Shown one piece after another: positions 13,334-26,627 of a DNA stretch of 64,000 bases (its first letter is position 1; each line of letters starts with the position of its first letter). The translations under genes were made by a program, and so were the position numbers. The notes under the pieces are model-generated. The model was not told where the DNA came from and ran no database searches. It worked only from the letters and a program-made list of their open reading frames with translations. The stretch is taken from contig CM119371.1 of NCBI GenBank assembly GCA_051294905.1, forward strand, positions 9,302,001 to 9,366,000, in the 5' to 3' direction. This stretch comes from Botryllus schlosseri. Its lineage: Eukaryota.

Positions 13334-15693
13334 GGGGAGACCGGGGACAATTGTAACACTTTTTGGATTTTCAAACATTACGTGTTGTTCTCATGGAAAT
13401 TTCATTTCCAAAGTTTTATATAAAGAAGCCAACAACTCGATAGTTTATATAAAAACTAAAATGGAACTCAATCAACACTCAATCATGGAAATTTTGGATC
13501 GCGAAAATCGCCGCTCAAATGTTACAATCGCCGCGTACCCAGGAGCAATTGTACCACCCATACGGGGCAATTATAACAGTGTTAGGCCTATTTATAAGTA
13601 AAAACAAACGAAATGAGCAACGAAAACGCGACCTCGACTTGTACTATTGCATTAAACTAAAGAAATAGAAGTTTGAACGCTTCCAGGCTACGCCCCATAG
13701 CATTTTGGCATTTGAATACAATATCACCCTTCGTGCCTTCTTTATGAGCTCAAAGTCTACAAGAACCACATTCATTCCATGATCTCCTTCCACATATCAG
13801 GCATCTTCTACCAATGTGCTGTTGTTCAACATGCACAATGGGTTGGACATTGGATCACCTGCGAAGGTGCGAAACCGACCTGGTTAATATATTTAAATAG
13901 TGTAGCAAAACCAGGACAAAACATTTTGTGGAGTCAAAGCTAATGGCATTCTTCTTTGTAGACCAGGGGTTCTCAACTTCACTTGTATAGCGGGCCGCAT
14001 TTTAACAGCAAAAGACGCTGCGGGCCGCAGAACATTATTTCCATGTATTCGCGGGCTACTATTAAATTTAGGCTACTGTAGCCTATTTACCAGTCGTATA
14101 CAGGCGTTTAATACATTTTATGCATTCGAAAGCATTAATGGACAGAGTTCGTATGTTTGCAGTTTTTTTGTGAGAATATTATCTTCCAGCGGCACAAGTA
14201 TGCCTATATCCCATCATTGAGCGTGCATTGCATTAGTTGCCAAGTCGGTATATGCACCTTCAAACCCTTTCACCAGAGAACCGAATTCTCATTTTCAATG
14301 TGTGGGCGAGCAAGTATAAAATTACGGTCACTTTTTTTGCTACAGAGGCCATTATCACTTTGAGCTCCCAATGATATGAGAAGAAGTCTGGCGTTCGGGT
14401 CATTTCTGAACAAACCAATCAACCCTGCTCCTCTCCTTTCACGGAAGGAGCCCTGCGCCAATACAGATAGAATTGAGCTTTCTTAAGTTGATGTTTTTCG
14501 CTGGTCCCTACCCGCGTTTGCCCTGCCAGCATTTCTACTCTGATGAAAAGCATCCAGATAATTAATTAGCTATGTAATGTCTGTTGAGTCAAAGGATTCA
14601 TCCGATGCTAGGCTAAAGTAGTCGAAGCGTCAACGTATTTCAGAATATGCGATGAAAGATCGACTGAAATTGCTGTTACTCTTCGGGTCACGGTTGAATC
14701 AGACAACTGTAGCTTCAAAATTTGTCAGGTGATGTTGTCCTTGCTGTTAAAGTTCCGGAAGCAGCGAATATTCACACAGTATGGTAAAATTTTAATGAAA
14801 TCACACTTTCTTTGGCAAATGTCATGAGTTTAGCGATATTCCAAGCCATTTTGAACCATGCGTCTGTAACATCATCGACAATTTTAACAATGCCGCGGAA
14901 TATAGATTGGTGGGCTCGACACCTAGCTTGCAATGTTTTTTCTAACATTAGGCGATACGTATAACTTCAGAAGAAAGTGTCGTGGTATAATTTGAAACTT
15001 CTACGCTTCGTTACGAAAACTGTGATTCGACAAATATGTCACATCGGTTTTCCATTTATATCTGAGAAAGCAAATTGATTGTTCCGCGCAGAGTTACAAA
15101 CCCAGTTCCCGCCGTTTAATTTCCCGATCCTTGTTCTTGTATCTGAGTTACCACTCTTTAAAAGTGTACTACACAACGGAATTCTCTTGAACCAGAGTCC
15201 AGCGGAATACCGATTCAAAACAATAACAATCCACAGTGGAGCATGTATCAAGAAACCAGAACACATCGAAGAATGAGTAACAAAACGAGACAGAGAGCCA
15301 AGTAGCTAAATTAATATGTAACATCGTGCCAGTAGCAATTGCGTTTATAATAAAAGATGTCGCGGGCCGCAAAATAAACGTCTGCGGGTTGAGAACCCCT
15401 GCGGTAGACTGTGGTAACATTGTTCCAGCTACATATATTACGTTGTAACCACTTGAGGTATTATTCATCTGAACAAATTATTCCAGATCAGAAAATATTT
15501 ACTCAGGTGTGCAAAATTCCGTTTTTTTCAAATTTTTTCAGAGTGTCGCGTCGTATCTCAACGTAACTTCAGACATGTTGGGAGATATAACTACCACATG
15601 CGCACACAAAATATCAAGGCGATTTATCCACCCTACTAGCGGTGACGTCGATTGTTACATTTGTTCCTAGTTACCTTTGTCCCCGGTCTCCCC
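13334..15693. mobile_element. pogo/Tc1-mariner-like derivative interrupted by a hAT element
   Basis: TIR ggggagaccggggacaa / ttgtccccggtctcccc, TA at the left flank. Confidence 0.7.
13964..15401 (-). mobile_element. Degenerate Buster/Charlie-type hAT element
   Basis: TIR caggggttctcaac / gttgagaacccctg; flanks ttgtagac/cggtagac; decayed transposase-like sequence on the minus strand. Confidence 0.75.
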
Positions 15694-16429
15694 TTCTCGA
15701 TTTTTACCGGCCATACTCGCTATACAGCAGTCGCTCGCATCATTTTGAACAAATGAGCTACGGGTAGGCAAAATTGAGGAGTTGTCTGAATCGACTAAAA
15801 AAAGGAATTGCAAAGAGCCAGACTTGTACAAACCACTCGGGATGGTGTGAACCTCGGAAAGGTTCAGGTACGTGTGAACGCGAACCTTTTTGAAAGGTTC
15901 TGTGTGAACGCGAACGTAAACCTCATGACGTCGGGTTAATATATACACGATACGTATAGCGATGACTCGGGCCACATAATGCCACAATGCTGAAGTACAT
16001 ATTGACGCCAAATGTATTAACTGGCGCAATCAAATGATATGATAATCCCATAAAATCAATATCTTTCGTCGCTTTGCCAACAAGTTCGACGGGAACTTGC
16101 AATGCAAGTAGTAAGGGAAACTTATGAAAATCTGTGAACTATATTGTTACCAATAAATTCCTTCACCAATATCTTTGTTAGGGTGTGTAATAACATGAGC
16201 TAAAATGCTGAAGTTCAACTCTTCTGGGAAATCCCAAAAAAAATCTGTTAAATTTGACGAATTAAAACAAATTGAAAAAAAATGTATTTGTCGCCCAAAA
16301 GTAACTTACGACGGGTTTAATGTTGGCTTTCGATAATTCTCAATTGATTGTAAACACTTATATTTCACTACAGGCTCTGCTTTGTGAAAAACGCCACACC
16401 CACTTCTATATTTATCCGCAAAATAACCT

Positions 16430-17060
16430 TTATTTCAGGTCGCTTTGTTTACTAAAGAGTTATTTCTCATGCACAATATCAGACATTTCAACAGGCATTG
16501 CCTATATGCCTTCTTCATACTCAACATCATCGTGACTGCAGTTTTTGCATGTAAGGCATTTAGATAGCCTACTCCACAGGCCGAAATGCACGTGACCCCA
16601 TTCTTCTTGCAATGGCATCTTGTTACAATCTTTTTGAGAATTACGGATTGTGAACTGCAAAATCTCATCATAAAGAGCCATGGGTTTCATCCAGTACTGG
16701 ATCTGGCTCATATCCATATACGCCTACTGTCCATCCGTAATCGCTGGGGTTCAGAGACATGTTCTGTAAAAGATTAGGATCTCAGGTCTGCAGGTGCGCG
16801 CGGAGTGAACGTTGTGTATCTGCACCCTCTGTTAGGTTAGAGGTAGTGTCTCTGGTTTAATCACTCCTGCCGCTGTCTTCTTTGAGAACATGTTGTATCT
16901 TTTGGTGAACTGCTGTGACCATCAAAGACCACAATGACATTCTGAAAGCAACAGCCCAGATACTGCACGTAGCTCAGGTAATCGCTGGCAATTTTGCCTT
17001 TCATGTCTGACGTTGTTCCCACTTCACCATGTACAGAAGCCATCCACCATCAATTACGAC
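16430..17060 (-). pseudogene. Decayed transposase fragment, Academ-like
   Basis: Frameshifted pieces 'YLSYVQ...VIVVFDGHSSSPKD', a PETLP..SLRAHLQ-like segment and a Cys-rich 'CHCKKNGVTCISAC'. Superfamily assigned from recalled motifs only. Confidence 0.5.
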
Positions 17061-17132
17061 GGTACAGCACAGGGTAGTAACCAAGTCACGAGGTTCCGAG
17101 TGACAAGTCAATCTCACTTTTATAGTTTTAGC

Positions 17133-19129
17133 CAGGGTTGTAACCAAGTCACATGGTTACGAGTCACGAGTCAATCGTACTTTTGTGGTTTTGACTCGAG
17201 ACAAGTCGAGTCATTTTCAATTCATCACCGAGTCGAGTCCGAGTCCAAGTCACTGTTTGAAGGGTCAAGTCCGAGTCATAGTGTTATGACTCGAGTCCGA
17301 GTCCAAGTTACAGTATTGAAGTCATGTTCATCCCATGTTTTCAATCCTGCTTTTGGGTGATATCGAATTCCTTGCTTGCCAAACATGCTTATTTTGTCCC
17401 TACCAGAGTCTTGGCACATGTTTATTTAGGTAGATTACGGACAGTTCCTGGCGTCATTTACCAATGCTACAGTTAGACGAGACAGGCCGCCAATATGACA
17501 ACTTTACTAATCTTAGAACTTAATATCAAATATATATCTTATCAGTCTGATACATCACAAATACAAGCATTCAGTTTTTACTACGAGCACATCGACGACA
17601 GCTCACAAATAGCTGATTGAGAACCAACGAATTCAAGTCTACATTCTATCTGACAGAGAACCTACGAATTCACGTCTGCAAATAAGGTGATAGAGAATCA
17701 ACAGATGCATGTTTATTGTTTATGTAGGCTAGAGGTATTTTCACCAGGCCAGCATGCTGTAAAAGCGTGCATGCCGATTGCAGATATGTGCAGTCACATA
17801 AAAAAACTGATACCTTTTGATATTACTAAATGTTTTCCCGATTGCATGACAGACTACATCGCAGTTACAGCACTGGAGAAATAATTGGGGCTGTTAAAAA
17901 ACATTTTTTCCAATTTTCCGGCTAGTTCTTAAAATTGTTAGATTGCCTAAAAAAACTCAAGTTTGGCTCAATTCCAACTGGTAGAAAGTAATGCTCCGAG
18001 AGAAATTTTGGATGAATTACGAACGTAGATTTTCGAATTTTACTGGCTACCTCATGATATTGTTAGATTGTGTCAAAATATGATTCGTAGCAAATTTGGC
18101 TCAATTCCAATTAGAAGAAGCGAAGTTATTAGATATTTTGATATTGGATATTTTGGATATGAAAAAATAATCGGCTTACCACTAGTATGTAATCATATTA
18201 CGCGAAAGAATTCTCACTAAAAATATTCCATTAATTTTCAAATCCACAATTTTCTCTTCTCGTATCATTGATTCTACTTTTTAAAATTTAACCAGATTCA
18301 GTGTTCTTTTAATGCAACATAACAATTTTATCAAGTAGTCATCAAGTAAAATAAAAAAGAAGTTATTTTTGAACGGCCTTATTGGACAATTATCACACAA
18401 CATTAGCCATTGATTATTACTCACGTGCACAACGCAAAATTGCACATACCTAACAAAACGTCAATTGGACGGAGGGTATTGTGTGTTTTCACAGACTGCC
18501 GATCAAATCAATGATGAGTTACACTTCAAAAATACCGAAGTGGAAAGAAGATCTTCAGATATATTGAAGCGGCATGGCCTTAGAATAAATCCACATCTAC
18601 TGAATACACTTTCCACTGGTGCACTAGATGCAGGAATTGACAAGCATATTTGAACCTCACTGAAGAGCATTGGATACTCATTCTTTCTAGTCGTCCAAAA
18701 ATGCAAATAATCATCGCCTTCAAATCTACACATGAGCTTATCGGTCTCTTCGAAGTACTTGACCATCTGAGTCATTGCATTGGCTCTAATTGAACTTTGC
18801 TTCGATTGTTTACTTATATAATTGAAAAGTCTTGAGTACTTTGTGGTGACAAATAGCGATGTCGGCAGAATTCGTCAGATGCGTTGATCTAGCCATTACG
18901 ATTCGCAAATTTCTTCGTCTTCGAGTCATATAAAATAAGTCAAGTCAATGACTTGGGTCGAGTCATGCGCAATGACTCGAGTACAAGTCGAGCCAATCAA
19001 AATATTGACTCGAGTCGAGTCGAGTCATTTTCCATTTCAAGAAAATGACTCGAGTCAAGTCGAGTCGCAAAAAAATCGTGACTCGAGTCTGACTCGAGTC
19101 GAGTCATGACTCGAGTCATTACAACCCTG
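17133..19129 (-). mobile_element. Longer hAT element of the GACTCGAGTC family with a transposase C-terminal dimerisation-domain remnant (18503-18775), inserted into another copy of the same family (17069-~19210)
   Basis: TIR cagggttgtaa / ttacaaccctg, TSD gttttagc/gttttaac; peptide LHFW....YPML......LSIPASSAPVESVFS.CG....R......L....FLKCN. Confidence 0.9.
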
Positions 19130-20162
19130 GTTTTAACTCGAGTCAAGTTAAGTCATGTTCAATTCACCACCGAATCAAGTCCGAGTCCGAGTCATTGTGT
19201 TGACTGATAAGTTCCGCTACCCATTTAGTTAGTTGACGGTCAACTAAATAACAGTTTTGTGAGTAGTTTCAGTTCTAGTTCTAGTTGTGGATTTTGAAAG
19301 TTGAGTAGTTCTAGTTCTAGTTTTAGTTGCAGTTTTTAGAAATACAGTAGTTCTAGTTGCACATTTGGTAAAAATATTAGTTGCCGAACAACTATAAAAT
19401 ACGTGTCGTCAGTTTGCGTGACCGGTGTTCTGTTGAATGATGTTTCTGCGGCCATTGCCCGCTCACAGCCATCACTGATAACAGTGAAGTCGCTAGTGGG
19501 TTAATTTTTTGGGTCGGATTCTCTCCCACTTCAAACTCAAAGTCCCGTTCTTTTAAAATGTCGCTTCAATGTCTGATATTTCCGATAAAATAAAAATTAC
19601 GGCTCTTCACCTTTAATGACTTGGGAACCCCTACGTCACAGGTGGGCAACTATTTTTCTGAGAATGACAGGCAGAAAATACTTTGGCGAGATAATTAAGT
19701 CAAAAGTTTGCACTATATCCTAATGTGTATTAATTTCTTACAATATCTAAATTGAAAGCACTGAGTTACGTTGTTAACACAAGCATCAGGTGGATGTGTT
19801 ACTGCTCGGTAATTAGGAAGTTAGAGTTGAAGTACCAAATAATATTCATCCAACGTAATTATTCAAAACAGCGGTAAACAAGAAACATTGTTAACTCTTT
19901 TTAATCACACCAGCCCATAGACACTTCCTTCCATTAAGAAACCGAAATGTATGGGATATTACAGCTTGGTCAATATCCCGACCGGTGTGTAGCTTGGCGA
20001 AATCATTCTGTTGTTTTGGTAGTTTGCCTGGCAGGTTTTCCGAAGTCGTCTTCTAGCAGCCTCAGCCGTGACTGCGAGCTTATGTCATATTCCCGACTTA
20101 AATTTATCCATATTATATCGATTTTATTTTTAATATAGATTATGGTGTTCTAAACGTAGAAA

Positions 20163-20650
20163 ATGAGGAATCAAGAAATTGCCAAGTTTATGTATCAGTT
20201 CCATTGCGGTCACTGTCCCTCTAATTGCAACGACTACACTTCACCTCAGAGTCAAAAGTCGGGCACACGCGCGTCAACGATGGAAGAACAACTACCATAT
20301 GGTCAGGACGGAAAACCGCATTGCTCCATCAAGTATGACGGACCGCAATTGTGGAACAACATTTCGCCAGCTCTTGGACAGTCGTCAAGCATGTCCGCAT
20401 TCAAGTCGAAGTACAAGCAATTTCTTCTAAATGAATACTCGTCGGCCTTCAGGATTACCGGAACACGACGTATCTTACCGATCTCGCCTTCCACCACATA
20501 TCCCTCTTCATTTTGTCGCTTGCTTTTTATATTCTCTGTTTGCTTTTCATTCAGCGTGCATGCTTCTTTTCTGCTTCGCCTAGGCCAATGTGAGTGTCTG
20601 ATTTCAAAGAATACTCCAAGTCGTTTCAACACCTTCCTATCTTTTCATTG
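20163..20650 (+). mobile_element. 5'-truncated LINE (CR1/L2-group-like): ORF2 C-terminus plus 3' UTR
   Basis: SIKYDGPQLWNNIS......SSMSAFKSKYKQFLL matches the typical GPxLWN...S...FK..K..L ORF2 tail; second copy at 11635. Confidence 0.7.
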
Positions 20651-21004
20651 TATCGCAATTTGTGGTGTTTTGAAATGATGAAAATATTATGACGCATACG
20701 ACGAACGTAGACTACGTAACCACGGTGAACAAATAAACACTAAACCGCCCTCAAAGTAAACGCAATTCCGGTTCAATTTATACACAGCCCATGTTTTAGG
20801 ACACATTCATATGTATAATTCAAAATTGCAAGCAGCTTTTCGCGGTCCGTATTTGGCTCGCGGGCCGTAAAATGTCCCGGTCCGTCCTACGCTAATCTAA
20901 AAGCCTTCGGGGAACACCTAATTTTCAGTAGGTCACAAAAAAAGTTCCAGTTCTAGATCTATAGTTTTAGTTTGGAATTTGGAACATTTGATAGTACTAG
21001 TTGC

Positions 21005-22380
21005 ATCAAAGGTCTCAAACACACGGCCCGCGACGTCATTTTGTAATTTCTAGCATTCAACAATATTCAAGTGCCATATATCTTTTTAAGATATAAGTAG
21101 CCTACTTGAAGCTGACGCTAAAACTATACTATAAAAATCACTGAAGTCTCAACTAACTTCACTATCTTATCACTTTTAAAAGCTACCATATGCGGTGGAA
21201 GATCAGCTATTCCGTTTCATTTCTAGTTCATGATGATGAAACATGACCCTTTGATGATTCGTGACAGAAAATTGTGATTATCGTTGTGATTTGGTTTGGT
21301 GCGACCTTCTCGTAAAATTACTCGATTTCGGTTTGACTGCTTGAATAAAAATGACTTGAGTTGAGTCAGGTCAAACGTTAAAATCAGAGAAGGACTTGCG
21401 ACTTGGAAAGGTTACTTGGTAATCCTTCGGACGCACCAATCTATGAAACTGTCATGTGGAATAGTATCATATCAAAAGGCTGCAGCTTGCCTTGCGTAGG
21501 GCATCTAGCTATCTAACCAGGTCAGTATGGCAACCATTGGTATTTTGTGAGCCCCGTGACGTATAGTTGGTTACATGCTGGGTGTTGTTTGTTCTCTTTA
21601 TCCATGTTATTATCGGTGGTTAGTAAAGAATATTTGGCTAATTAATTCAACTGGAAAACATTCTTCGCGCTACGCGCGATTTTATGTGAATGGACTTTCA
21701 GATTTTGATATAGGTACCATCATAATTGTGTTGAAAATGGACAGGGCTACGAGTAAGCCTATTGGAAGCACAGGGGTACGATCGCTAAGTAAAAAGGTTA
21801 AGAAGCATTGCTACTACTAAGGCTCAATAATGATAATATTTAAGTTATTGCTGATATGCTCCAATATTAATCGAAGGCAAAATCCAACGCTTATTTAATT
21901 TGACTTTGGCAATGACAGTAACAATAGCCGAAACTTATCACGACTGTATTAAAACCAGGATTAGGCTTCACCGCTCAAATGCTCTGATATCAGATCAACC
22001 TCAGTAGATTTTAAAATATTTTACATAAAATTGTGTCACGTCAAAGGTTCACTAGATGCAATAATATAACCCGACAGTTTTACGATGTCATGATGCATGC
22101 TCTGGCATGATGTATATAACTAATAAAAAAAATCATCCCCGACACAAAAACAATTTTGTTCAAATATTTGAAAATGTGATCTTTTTCGTGTTGAGCATGA
22201 ATAGTACAATAGTGAACTACATTTCTACGATGTTTGTGGAATGCCTGTCTGCAAGGTCCCGTCAAATAAGGCCTACTCTGAAATTATACATTGAATACCC
22301 GTATTATTAATGCTGAGGCCCGCGGTGTCATCAAACACAAGGACATTGGCCCGCGAGCACATTTCAGTGTGAGACTTCTG
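21005..22380. mobile_element. Third, inverted copy of the Charlie-like hAT family seen at 1-3209 and 11909-13136
   Basis: aggtctcaaacacacggcccgcg ... ggcccgcgagcacatttcagtgtgagacttctg; internal sequence is a reverse-complement match. Confidence 0.7.
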
Positions 22381-24267
22381 AGTTACATAGTTCTACTTGC
22401 TAGTTTTAAAAATTGAGTAGTTCTAGTTCTAGTTCTAGTTGCTCATTTTGAAAATCCAGTAGTTTTCACGAGTCTGCTTTAACAGTTCTGATTACAATAT
22501 CGGCTATAGTAGCCTACATGCACCCATCAGCTCATGTGGTGACGACTATCTGTGAAAGCGGGGGAGATAGCGTCGTGGAGAGAGTCAGCGTCATCTGCAC
22601 AGGCGGCCCGGGTGTGGAATTGAATGGTTTCTGATTGGGAATAGAGGCATTTGGTAAACAATATATACAGGATAGTCTACATATTTGCGGAGAGACACGC
22701 TCGATTACCGTTACCAGTTAACTGCTCTGGAACGTAGGTACCGAAAATTATAAATTGAAAGTGTCCTCGGAAGACGCCTAAATGTCCTCTTTTTAGGGAA
22801 TTTGGCCTCCTTTTCTTTGAAACGGATATAAATGCAACAAAAAATGCGATCCCAACGCGGCGAACGTTAGAGTTTCGTGAAAATCGGGAGCCGAATCAAA
22901 GTGATGACCTTTTTTTCATAGTCAACACAATACTATCAGTCGAAAATTTTTCAAAATCAACAGTTTTCTTGCAGCTTTCAAATTTATGGAAAGTGTCCTC
23001 TGTTTAGGATCTCAAAGTAGGGTACCCAAATTTTAAAGAGTATATAGGAGTTTTGGGTAGTGGGGAATGAAGACTCGAAATAAAATTGAAGTGGGGAATG
23101 CAGACAAAAAGGTTGAGAGCCACTGTTCTAAAAGGACCGACGAAGAAAGAGTAACATCGAAGAAGACTGTGACATCTGGCACTAGGTTGAGGTGTATGCC
23201 AGTTTACGAGACCCCAACCGGTCATTCGGCATCCCCCTATTTGTTCATTACAGCGCATTGTGTCTTGTATATCGGGTTGTACGATGATGTGACGGATGAA
23301 CGATCTATCTGTCATAAGTCGCCTTGCTTTAGCGCAGGGGTCGGGAACCTATGGCTCGTGAGTCATAGCATGGCTCCCGTGGGGTATAAGATATGGCTAT
23401 TTCACGAACCAAATTTCGTATTTGATTTATCAATATTGCAGCAACTTGTTAGTAAATTTTCAAAACGGCCAGAATTCGTATTCACGTGGCATCATGAACA
23501 TGTGTTTGAGAAGTCGTTACAGTGGAGTGTACACTGTATGGGTTTAGAGCAGTGATTCCCAAGCGCAGCCCCGAGGGCCGCATGCGGCCCTCAGATAGCC
23601 TTCTTGGGGGGGCCCCAAAAATATATAGAGAAAGCGATTTATGACAAAAATAAAATTTTTATTTTTAAAATACTCTTGCTTGGCTTGGTCTCTGTAGTTT
23701 TTAATTATAGAATTGCAGGAAAGTTGTGAGTATAGACTGCTAACGTTACGTCACTGCTATTTCATTGCAATGTGCCCTAACTTTCGAGTTGAACCAGCAG
23801 TAGCTATAGACGTGAATAGGTATTGATAACTTTCGAAACCCGGATAAACTCCCGAAAGAATGGTAAATTTTTCCCACTTCGTGGTCGCTTGAAAAAAAAG
23901 AAAAAGAGGCTCAACTCCCGGAAAATACAGTTATTCTTTCACATTAACAGGTGGTTGACTGAAAAAAAGGTCAACCTTCCGGTCCAGCTCCCGAAATAGC
24001 CGCCGTAGCGTTCCTACAGTGCTGATTTAATGTATACCAGTCGCAGTTGGCCCTATATGTAACCAAAATCCTCAAAAAAGAAAAAAATCTCAAAAAAGAA
24101 GACATTTGGGCGTCCTCCAAGGACACTTTAACAAAAATCAAAAAAGAGGACAAATCATCTTAAAAGAGGACGTATGGAAACCCTATGATAACTAGGTGTG
24201 CATTGAATATGCCGAGATGCATACTGCTTAGCCGGCTAAAAGCAACATTTATTGGTAGTCCTAAAGT

Positions 24268-25440
24268 CAGGGCCGTAACTCCCGCACCCAAAACCCCCCA
24301 ATTGAGGGGGGCCGAGCTCGAAGGGGCCCGAAATTATTTCGTGAATTAGCATAAATTATAGAGTATTTTTTGAAAATTTATGCAACATTTTCAAAAATTT
24401 TTCGCGCCCTGCGCGATTTCAATTCTCCACATATCTTGATTTTTGTATACTCTTTCCCCCCGAAAAATATTCGCAAGATATATAGAAATGGGCATATCAG
24501 CGTTGGACATGACTGCACCACAACGCACCAAGACAAATAAAGTTTTAGGCCATGTAACATGTGACTCCGAGAAATGTGTCACAACGATTGGCAGCGAGAA
24601 AGGCCTGGCCATAAAGGACTGCTTTTATGCTGACCAAAAACTTTGAAATATCAAAAACTTTGTTATATATACAAAATATATATAGGTTTAATTGTCCATA
24701 TAGGCGCCTAAATGACTGGCTCCGAATGTTCTTGTCTTGGCAATCTGAACCTCACAAGACAAATACCATCCCGCAGGAAAAAAAATATATGCCAGTGAAG
24801 AAATAACAATCTGAAATCGTGTGATCTTTCAGTTTAGTAGGTTTAGGCCATTCCACATTTTTTGATATAGCAGACAGGAGGTCACGAAATAACATCATGT
24901 AACGATAAGTCATACCTAGGGGTCCGCCCGCCCGAAGATGTTTAAATTTACGGGGTCTGCAGTTTCAAAGACACCTCTCACTCAGCTCTACCGGTAAATC
25001 TGATTACGTGGGAAAAGAGGACAACCATGCAATTCTCGATCTTATTCACCGATTTTATCATGAATTTTCGAAATATTCGCGCATCGCGCTGTCTCACTAA
25101 ACAGTACAACTTTAATTTCGTGGCAAAAGCGAACAACGTGATGCGGGGTCAGTTTATCACCCTATGGGATCCCGGGGTCCTGACGAAGTGCTGTTACGTG
25201 TCTGCCAACGGGTATCCCCCCGGAGATGTTTAATTACTATTGAGGGGGGCCCATACCTTTTCAAACCCGCCTCACTCAGCTCTACCGGTAAATCAAAATA
25301 CGTGATCAGCGACAGGATGAAAATTGATAGCAATACATGCAATTCCCGATCATATTGACCCATTCAGTCATGAAGAAATTTCTTGCGCTTCGCGCGTTTA
25401 GGCGAGAAAAGCTGATTCACTCAACGGACACCCAATGCAG
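24268..25440. repeat. Interspersed repeat shared with about 41195-42060 and, inverted, about 32250-32730
   Basis: Shared gagctcgaaggggccc, gcagcgagaaaggcctggcc and cactcagctctaccggtaaa blocks. Confidence 0.7.
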
Positions 25441-26094
25441 CAGATAAGTAGCGGTAAACAGTGTACAGTTTTGAAATCTCGCTAGGGCAATAAAACTACT
25501 CCGAAATAGCCATGATGACTGTTTGGGTCCGTTTCATAGCCGTAGTATTCCTGCGGCCCCGACCGTACTCTAAAATTCTAAATTTGGCCCTCACACCGAA
25601 AAAGTTTGGGAACCACTGGTTTAGAGGCTCGTACCCCCTCCTCAAATCTAAGTTGCTATTGCGACGACGACTAACGCCTTTCGTGAATTCGATCCACCCG
25701 ATATCGCGCGCCTCGAAGTCTTGGATTGCACGATACCCTGATTTATCAAAGATAATACCAGACATGGCGACGCTTGCATATCAATTCAGTTTTCAGATAC
25801 ACATTGTCTTCTTGAACTACGTTGAGAAAGGAACGACATAGGTGTGTACTGTATATAGAGCAACTTCATGTTACCCCAAATACTTGACGTGTCGATCAGT
25901 ATTAGATTTTCAGAATCGGTGCGACAATTAGTCCTACATTCGATTAATATCAGTGATTATAATAACTGAGCTATATTTAGGATGAGTTGCGCTATTACAG
26001 GTGAGGCATCGCCCATCTGTGCATCACCATGTGTCTTACCTCTCTTTCCGTTCTTTATATTCGAACACTTATAAATATGAACAGCTCGTGATTT

Positions 26095-26627
26095 TGGCAA
26101 TGACTCGAGTCAGACTCGAGTCGCGAAATGTTGATGACTCGACTTTACTCGAGTCCTTTTCTTAAAAATGAAAGGTGACTCGACTCGACTTGAGTCAATT
26201 TGTGTATTGACTCGACTTGTACTCGAGTCATTGCGCATGACTTGGACCAAGTCATATGACTCGAGACTGGATCTACCAAGACTGACATTTCATTGTGATT
26301 TCGAAGAATAGTAAAGTTGTCACATTATTATTATTTCGTCTATCAGTACTGGTACTTAAAAATGTTACCAGAAACTGTTTAAAGCGAGGAAAATTAGTAT
26401 ATTTTGAATGGGAAGCATTCGATATCACTGGGGAGAGTTGTAAAAACTGGGTTTCACATGACATTAACTCGGAACTGAACAGTCAACATAATGACTTGGA
26501 CTCGGACCCGAGTTAAAACACTGTGACTCGAACTCGACACTCTTCTCCGTGACTTGGACTCGGACTTGACTCGGTAGCGAATTGAAAATGACTCGACTCG
26601 GAACATTGCGACTTGGTTACAACCCTG
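26095..26627. mobile_element. hAT MITE (GACTCGAGTC family)
   Basis: gactcgagtc arrays; right end ggttacaaccctg. Confidence 0.8.
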
